IMG/VR virus record: IMGVR_UViG_3300042481_000164
Coordinates: 1 to 64,000 of that record
Origin: a virus
Taxonomy: Duplodnaviria > Caudoviricetes
DNA length: 64,000 bases
Direction: 5' to 3' (one strand)
The stretch's first letter is position 1; each line of letters starts with the position of its first letter. A program made the translations under genes and the position numbers. Shown piece by piece: positions 58,746-64,000 of the stretch. The notes under the pieces were generated by a model that was not told the origin of the DNA, made no database searches, and saw only the letters and a list, made by a program, of their open reading frames with translations.

Positions 58746-58838
58746 TTACATTTTACCAAATAGAGACTTCTCTCTACATTTTCTTACATGCTTTTCAATA
58801 AAAGCTAAATACCTGTAAATGCGTCTAAGTGTTTTCAT
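58746..58838 (-). CDS. 30-aa basic peptide (absent from ORF track)
   Basis: MKTLRRIYRYLAFIEKHVRKCREKSLFGKM*; exactly fills the gap, starting 1 nt after the upstream stop. Confidence 0.5.
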   Translation of the reverse strand: MKTLRRIYRYLAFIEKHVRKCREKSLFGKM

Positions 58839-58839
58839 A

Positions 58840-59223
58840 TTAATTTGCATATTTCCATTCAAAACCACCTGTTGATTGCTGTAAACCTTGACAACATTTA
58901 TTTATGTTGGTGTCAAATATTCCATTTGCTTTAGCTGCAAGTTTACTTGAATCATAACTACATATATATTTTCCTTTGTAGTATTTATGAACTGGCTTTG
59001 CAAAAGTTAATCCCATTTGTGATACATCTCCTATTTTGTTAGGAATTCTAGATTTTTCTGAAAACTTTCTGAACTGTCTATTATTGGTACTAATAATTAA
59101 TCCTGCTGTACATCTGGATATAGCACTTTTATAAATATCTAACTGTTTTTCTAATTCAGCAAATGTTTGTACATCAAACACTTCTAATAAATAACCTTCA
59201 AGGTCATACATTGCTATTTTCAT
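58840..59223 (-). CDS. tandem NUMOD1/IENR1-type DNA-binding protein
   Basis: IAMYDLEGYLLEVF...ISRC and KPVHKY..GKYICSYDS...INKCC.G....GGFEWKY. Confidence 0.7.
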   Translation of the reverse strand: MKIAMYDLEGYLLEVFDVQTFAELEKQLDIYKSAISRCTAGLIISTNNRQFRKFSEKSRIPNKIGDVSQMGLTFAKPVHKYYKGKYICSYDSSKLAAKANGIFDTNINKCCQGLQQSTGGFEWKYAN

Positions 59224-59225
59224 AA

Positions 59226-59663
59226 CTATTTTATTTTATAAAATCTACCTAGAATATTCCCATTCAGAAACTCCTCTTTTTCAAGTACTTCATACACAAA
59301 TTGATGTTTAGTTTCTTGATAAGTAAGTTCTCTAGCTGAAAAACATATTTTAAGTATTTCTCTTTTAATACTTACTCCTTGTTTATGTGCTTCTTTAAGA
59401 ATCATATTACTGCTAAAATAGTTTCTAAAATTTGGTTGTATTACCATTTTATATTTCTTCAACCTTTTATCAGTACTGACCGCCAGAGCTTTCTTACCCA
59501 AGGATCTTTTGATATTTGCAAAGAAGTTTTTCTTTCCTATGTACATAAAAGACCTACCATCTATTATAGCTGACATAATATAAACAAAACCTATTGCACC
59601 TTCAGGTATATGAGAGTCTTTAAACTCTTTACCTTCATAGATCCATTCTGCAGAATCTTTCAT
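59226..59663 (-). CDS. GIY-YIG endonuclease (Seg/DenA-like)
   Basis: GFVY...MYIGKK...YFSSN...REIL...E...LNGNI. Confidence 0.75.
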   Translation of the reverse strand: MKDSAEWIYEGKEFKDSHIPEGAIGFVYIMSAIIDGRSFMYIGKKNFFANIKRSLGKKALAVSTDKRLKKYKMVIQPNFRNYFSSNMILKEAHKQGVSIKREILKICFSARELTYQETKHQFVYEVLEKEEFLNGNILGRFYKIK

Positions 59664-60634
59664 AATTTACTTTTTATTAGATTAAACACAATGTTTCTTG
59701 TTTCTTGAACACCTCTAGCTTTTACAGTGTCAGAGATATCCTTCTCAAAGGGTAGTATCAAGTAATCAAAACCATATCTCTTCTGATATGCTTTAGAAGC
59801 TTCAATACCGGGCTCATCATTGTCAAAGAGTACTATGATCTTAGCATATTTATGCATATACTTTTTCATAATACCTTCTGCAATAACAGTGTTTTCACTA
59901 TCCGGAGCAATAGCTTCAGCATTACCAATACCAAGAGTCTTAAAAGACATGATATCCTTCAGAGATTTGGTAAGAATAAGATACTTACAATCAAAGTTAA
60001 CCTGCTCAGAACCCTGAATATAATCAGAGACTTTGATAAATTTACTTTTCTTATTTTTAGGCTGATATATCTTATACAGAGTACCATCTTTTCTAAAATA
60101 ACCATAAGTATATTGATTCTCAAATCTTAATTCCTTTACCTCACCAGCATTATCTGTTTTACTCAAGATGAAATACTGTAATGGTTGAACATTATATTCT
60201 TTTAGTAATCTAGAAGAAATTTTGTAACCCATCCAGAAATCCTGATCAAGATTATTCCAGTGTCTTATTTCATAATCAGAAACTTCATATCTACTTTCAG
60301 CTACATATTCTCTTGGTGTAATGTCATGTCTAGAAACATATATGGAATAATCATCCATAATTTTTCTAACAGCAATACCTCTTGATTCAAGATTATGATA
60401 AATCATTACAAGCTCTATTGCATCACCAGATTTACCAGAAGAAAAATCCTTAAATCTATATTTACCCATCTTATCAGGATAAATACAAAATGATGGAGTA
60501 TTCTCTTTAACAAATACTGATTTGATTTTAAGATCTTGTCCGGTTAATTTTTCTGTAAGATTTAAATAGAACTCAAAGATCCATTCTGTAGGAACTTGAT
60601 TCAAGTCAGAAATTAGTCCTTTAGTTGAAATCAT
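59660..60634 (-). CDS. dnaG: DnaG-type primase (crAss-like)
   Basis: Degenerate N-terminal ZBD (ENTPSF...FKDFSSGKSGD); TOPRIM LILTKSLKD and LFDNDEPG; KDISD. Confidence 0.8.
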   Translation of the reverse strand: MISTKGLISDLNQVPTEWIFEFYLNLTEKLTGQDLKIKSVFVKENTPSFCIYPDKMGKYRFKDFSSGKSGDAIELVMIYHNLESRGIAVRKIMDDYSIYVSRHDITPREYVAESRYEVSDYEIRHWNNLDQDFWMGYKISSRLLKEYNVQPLQYFILSKTDNAGEVKELRFENQYTYGYFRKDGTLYKIYQPKNKKSKFIKVSDYIQGSEQVNFDCKYLILTKSLKDIMSFKTLGIGNAEAIAPDSENTVIAEGIMKKYMHKYAKIIVLFDNDEPGIEASKAYQKRYGFDYLILPFEKDISDTVKARGVQETRNIVFNLIKSKL

Positions 60635-60652
60635 AACTAAAAATTTTAGAAT

Positions 60653-60679
60653 AAAAAAGGGAGCACTGAGACTCCCTTT
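60653..60679 (-). terminator. rho-independent terminator after ssb
   Basis: AAAGGGAGT-CTCAGT-GCTCCCTTT-TTT on the minus strand. Confidence 0.75.
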
Positions 60680-60697
60680 CTCAAAAGTTATTTACTT

Positions 60698-61381
60698 TTA
60701 ATCTAAGCTGAAGTCTGCAGCATTTTTACTTGGAACAGAGAAATCATCATCTTGTCCTCCAAATTCTTTTTTCTCAGTTACTTCAAGCTTTTTAAGGTGT
60801 TTAGCCTCATTATACTCTAAGTTTTTACCTCCTTCAAGAGCAGCAAATGCATATTTGTTGTTCTCTGCTTTTGGTAAATACATATCATAGTTAGTGTAAC
60901 CAGTTTTACCCATATACTCTTTACCACCTACACACCATTTAAGATATTTATCTTTGATAGGAGCATTCTCACTGAAGTTTTTAACAAAGTCTTCAATTGT
61001 ATCAAACTTGTTATCTTGAGAAATAAACCACTCATCAATCTCAAATGTATGAGCTAAGTTCTTCAAGAAGATCATGATAGATCTATCTCTTTGAATTTTA
61101 ATTCCAGATTTAGTTTCACCATCAGCAAATGCATATTGGCTTGCCTTTACTCTACCAATTTGACCTGCATAGCGTCCTTTGCTTTCATCATCTTTGTCAA
61201 TCATAAAACCTTCAAAGTCATCCATAGGAGGAGTTTCTACATTCAACATTAAGTGGTATGCACCTTCAATAAATGTAAAATCTTCTAATGTAACAGAGTT
61301 AATTTTTAAAACATGATTACCTGGTGTAATTGTTTTAGGCATCCCTGAGCCTGTTCCTAAATCAGTTGTACTTAAAGCCAT
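60698..61381 (-). CDS. putative single-stranded DNA-binding protein
   Basis: OB-like beta pattern, acidic/aromatic C-tail (DDDF...ADFSLD), position between the Sak4-like ATPase and primase. Confidence 0.55.
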   Translation of the reverse strand: MALSTTDLGTGSGMPKTITPGNHVLKINSVTLEDFTFIEGAYHLMLNVETPPMDDFEGFMIDKDDESKGRYAGQIGRVKASQYAFADGETKSGIKIQRDRSIMIFLKNLAHTFEIDEWFISQDNKFDTIEDFVKNFSENAPIKDKYLKWCVGGKEYMGKTGYTNYDMYLPKAENNKYAFAALEGGKNLEYNEAKHLKKLEVTEKKEFGGQDDDFSVPSKNAADFSLD

Positions 61382-61415
61382 CTTTTTTTTACTTTTTAAT
61401 TGTTAAACTTACTTT

Positions 61416-62135
61416 TTAAATATATACTTCATCCCAAGACACTTTCAAAGGTCCTTCACTAGAATCAGCAATTACTATTTCTTTATTTCTCAAGTGATCT
61501 GGTCTTGCACCACAAGTTACTTCATCATTAGTCTTAAAATTTAATATAGTTTTAGAACCTTTTCTGTACATGTAACCAATCGCATCTGCATTAGCACAAA
61601 CTAAAGATTTCAGTTTACCTGACAAATCTATATTTGCTGCCATTACCATCTCACCTTTATCATCAACTTGCTTATCTTTAATGTGTCCAGAAAGGATCAC
61701 ATGATCAGCTAGTGTATCTACAAAATCAAGCACCTGGAAAAAAGCTTGGCGAATATACAAATAACCTGCACCATTTGGTAAAGTAGTAACATTATCACCA
61801 TCATAATTTTTACCCATTGATGTGCTTTTGTATAATTTCACAGCAAGCGGGTGAATCATTTCTTCCAATGCTGTTACAGTATCTATTGTAATGTACTTGT
61901 AAGGTTTATTAGCTTCTCTAATAGCCTTACCAGTATCCAATAACTCTTGTAAACTATTAATTGGAACTTTAAGTGCTTCAATAAAATCTGTACCTTGTTC
62001 TAAGTCTAAGATAAGATTACTTTCTAAACCCGCATAACAAGTAGTTTTACCTGTTTTAGGCTTTGAATAGATAACCAATCTTTTAGGATTAGCTCTTTGA
62101 GCTTTTACCTTTGTAGTAGGAAGTACTATACTCAT
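61416..62135 (-). CDS. AAA_24 / Sak4-like recombination ATPase
   Basis: YSKPKTGKTT; LDLEQG; ITIDTVT; ADAIGY. Confidence 0.8.
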   Translation of the reverse strand: MSIVLPTTKVKAQRANPKRLVIYSKPKTGKTTCYAGLESNLILDLEQGTDFIEALKVPINSLQELLDTGKAIREANKPYKYITIDTVTALEEMIHPLAVKLYKSTSMGKNYDGDNVTTLPNGAGYLYIRQAFFQVLDFVDTLADHVILSGHIKDKQVDDKGEMVMAANIDLSGKLKSLVCANADAIGYMYRKGSKTILNFKTNDEVTCGARPDHLRNKEIVIADSSEGPLKVSWDEVYI

Positions 62136-62812
62136 TGTTTAGTAATTAATTCATTTAACCACTGTTTATTACTTACAGGTTTTTTCCACATAATTGCTGC
62201 ATAATCTGCAATAGTCATTTCAGAATATAATATATCAGGAATAACATTTACAGGTTTAGGTATCAAAGCAACTTTTTCTTTTATACCTTCAGTAAAATCT
62301 GGAAAGTCATTGTTATCAACTAAAGAATTCTGAAGTCTAGGTAGATCCATATCAAAATCACTTTTCTTCTTTTCTTCAACCTCAGTAAGTCTTTTCTCAA
62401 ACAAACTAAATGTTATTGCACTTCCGTCAGGATTAACAGCCATCATTTCTTGTAATGGTACAGTAAATAATGAATAATCAGATCCTGTAGAAGATGTACC
62501 ACTTTTCTTATCATACTCTTCAGAAAAGAAAGGGTTGTATCTGTACTTAAACAACTGTCTATGTTCATAAAAAGGTTTTACATCCACAACAGTACCTGAA
62601 GCATCAGTTACATTGTCATACAGCTCAATATATAAATCTTCACCTTTACTTAGCTCAGACTCAAAAAATTGAACTTGTCTTCCATACTTACCTTTTTGGA
62701 AAAAAGCAGTTTTAATTAAGAATGCCGGATCTGGTAGACCAAGCCTCTTAAAGGTTTCTATGTGTTGCACATAGAATTCTTTTTCTCTTGTTTTTCTAAT
62801 TGTAACACTCAT
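62132..62812 (-). CDS. hypothetical replication-module protein
   Basis: 226-aa ORF coupled by ATGA overlaps on both sides. Confidence 0.65.
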   Translation of the reverse strand: MSVTIRKTREKEFYVQHIETFKRLGLPDPAFLIKTAFFQKGKYGRQVQFFESELSKGEDLYIELYDNVTDASGTVVDVKPFYEHRQLFKYRYNPFFSEEYDKKSGTSSTGSDYSLFTVPLQEMMAVNPDGSAITFSLFEKRLTEVEEKKKSDFDMDLPRLQNSLVDNNDFPDFTEGIKEKVALIPKPVNVIPDILYSEMTIADYAAIMWKKPVSNKQWLNELITKQ

Positions 62813-63816
62813 GTTGTTGAAATTTTTGGTTTAGTTGCTGTTGGTGGAGTAGGAACTTCTACAATCCTCATTAAAGTTCTGTCAAGTCTAAAGAAGCTAA
62901 TCCTAGTAGTACCATTCCTTGATTTAAGGAAGTGAAACACTAAGATATCTTCATCCGCAATAATAAATTTTTCCGGACCATATAACCTTAACTTTCTTAC
63001 AGAAGGTTTATTAATACCCATAACCACGTCAGCATGTTGTAATAAAGCATCAGACCCGTAAATATCAGAATCTAACACATAATTACCATAAGTACCTTCT
63101 TCTTGTCTCTTAATGTCATCTATGTTTCTGTTCAACTGACTCAAGACAATAAATGCTATAGGATATTTCTTTTTCATCATAGTGAGAGCCTCACCTAAGC
63201 TTCCTAGCATTTCAAATTTGTCTTTCTGTCCCTTACCAACTTTAAATAAAGCTGAGTGATCTATAGCAACTAGCATGTTATTATAAGTACCGTCTTCAGT
63301 CTTATACTTTTCCATTTCATAGTGTATAGTAGCACACATCTCATCTACTGTACAAGCATCATAGACAACATTAATTCTGTCTGTTGCTTGCATGTTTTGG
63401 TAAAATTTGACACACTCATCATAGATTCTTTTATCTACAAGTTTTCCGTCCTTACTCATTAATGTGTTGTAATCAGCACTTGTAATCAGACTCAGTTTTC
63501 TAACACCGCTGGTTTCATCAACCATCTCCATCTGAAACTTCAAAACTCTAAAATACTGGTCACTATTGTTAGCAATTATATCGCTAATTAGCTGTTCCAT
63601 AAATAAAGTTTTACCTGTTCCAGGTCTGGCACCAACCACGGTAATTGTTCTCCATTCAAGACCATCACAGAAAGCATCATTAAATTTAGGCCAAGCACTC
63701 TTTAGGGATTTTAATGTACCCTGTCTCCTAGCTCTAATTTTATAGATAGCTTTTTCTACGGACTGCCTTTCACTAACAGGTAGTAAAGGTCTTGCTCCAT
63801 TAAATAAATTTGACAT
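62809..63816 (-). CDS. dnaB: DnaB-like replicative helicase (C-terminal ATPase domain only)
   Basis: GARPGTGKT; IDH; LSQLNR; SDIYGSDALLQHAD; KSRNG. Confidence 0.9.
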   Translation of the reverse strand: MSNLFNGARPLLPVSERQSVEKAIYKIRARRQGTLKSLKSAWPKFNDAFCDGLEWRTITVVGARPGTGKTLFMEQLISDIIANNSDQYFRVLKFQMEMVDETSGVRKLSLITSADYNTLMSKDGKLVDKRIYDECVKFYQNMQATDRINVVYDACTVDEMCATIHYEMEKYKTEDGTYNNMLVAIDHSALFKVGKGQKDKFEMLGSLGEALTMMKKKYPIAFIVLSQLNRNIDDIKRQEEGTYGNYVLDSDIYGSDALLQHADVVMGINKPSVRKLRLYGPEKFIIADEDILVFHFLKSRNGTTRISFFRLDRTLMRIVEVPTPPTATKPKISTT

Positions 63817-63836
63817 ATGTGGATTTTAAAAATTGA

Positions 63837-64000
63837 TCACACTATGTTGTCCCTGAAATAAGTAGGAACTTCATCTGCACCAGATGCTACTAGTTCACAG
63901 TATGTAGCCAAGTCTGACTCAAAAGATTTATCCAAATTTTGCTTACGGATAAAATACTGTGAATTTCTCATATACTCAAACCTTTTCAATTCATACTCAG
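63837..64000 (-). CDS. 3' end of a gene upstream of dnaB (possible helicase loader/initiator)
   Basis: Open frame ...EYELKRFEYMRNSQYFIRKQNLDKSFESDLATYCELVASGADEVPTYFRDNIV*. Confidence 0.55.
   Translation of the reverse strand, partial: EYELKRFEYMRNSQYFIRKQNLDKSFESDLATYCELVASGADEVPTYFRDNIV

Noticed and set aside
59221-59228. TAG read-through fusing GIY-YIG to NUMOD1
   Set aside because: The two ORFs are in different frames (2-nt gap) and no clear slippery site is present.
47069-60130. Plus-strand and off-frame ORFs within the replication genes
   Set aside because: They overlap well-supported genes and have no independent signals.
1-64000. Stop-codon reassignment (known in some crAss-like phages)
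   Set aside because: Genes are full length in the standard code, and TAG and TGA both end genes (e.g. polB TAG, ATGA overlaps).
1-64000. CRISPR array, tRNAs, DGR, integrase or IS elements
   Set aside because: No spaced direct repeats, cloverleafs, reverse transcriptase or recombinase motifs seen; intergenic gaps are short.

Overview
This 64 kb, AT-rich window is part of a lytic crAss-like (Crassvirales-type) podophage genome. The host is probably a Bacteroidota/Flavobacteriia member: translation starts are A-rich without Shine-Dalgarno sites, there are TAnnTTTG promoter elements, and two proteins carry SprB-like repeats. Two convergent blocks meet at a bidirectional terminator near 46,390. 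The + strand block (1-46,366) encodes Cys-rich SprB-like fibre/decoration proteins, an IHF/HU-like protein, tail ring proteins, a tail muzzle/stabilisation protein, four mid-sized cargo proteins and three giant ejection proteins, one of which is the DFDID-type virion RNA polymerase. The - strand block (46,406-64,000) is the replication/nucleotide module: DnaB, Sak4-like ATPase, SSB, DnaG, GIY-YIG, vWA + MoxR, PD-(D/E)xK nuclease, PolB, ThyX and a MazG-like protein. The standard genetic code is used, and I saw no tRNA, CRISPR or integrase. The most striking unexplained patterns are four. (1) The three giant ejection proteins (about 8,000 aa in total) contain only 5 Cys, and 4 of these sit at the two gene junctions (...KTC / MIC... 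and ...NCV / MVC...), which suggests a head-to-tail Cys-linked ejection chain. (2) The cargo proteins are punctuated by recurrent Phi-x-x-G-G / AQxG motifs and a repeated ~20-aa acidic tag, and these bracket swappable modules that include a pre-toxin-like helix and an R-S-E ADP-ribosyltransferase, as in a polyprotein-style effector delivery system. (3) One giant gene contains a nested +1-frame ORF and an internal promoter. (4) Several small genes were missed by the ORF track (a lipoprotein, a basic YKGQGR peptide, a Cys-rich peptide). All annotation is by eye from motifs; no database search was run.
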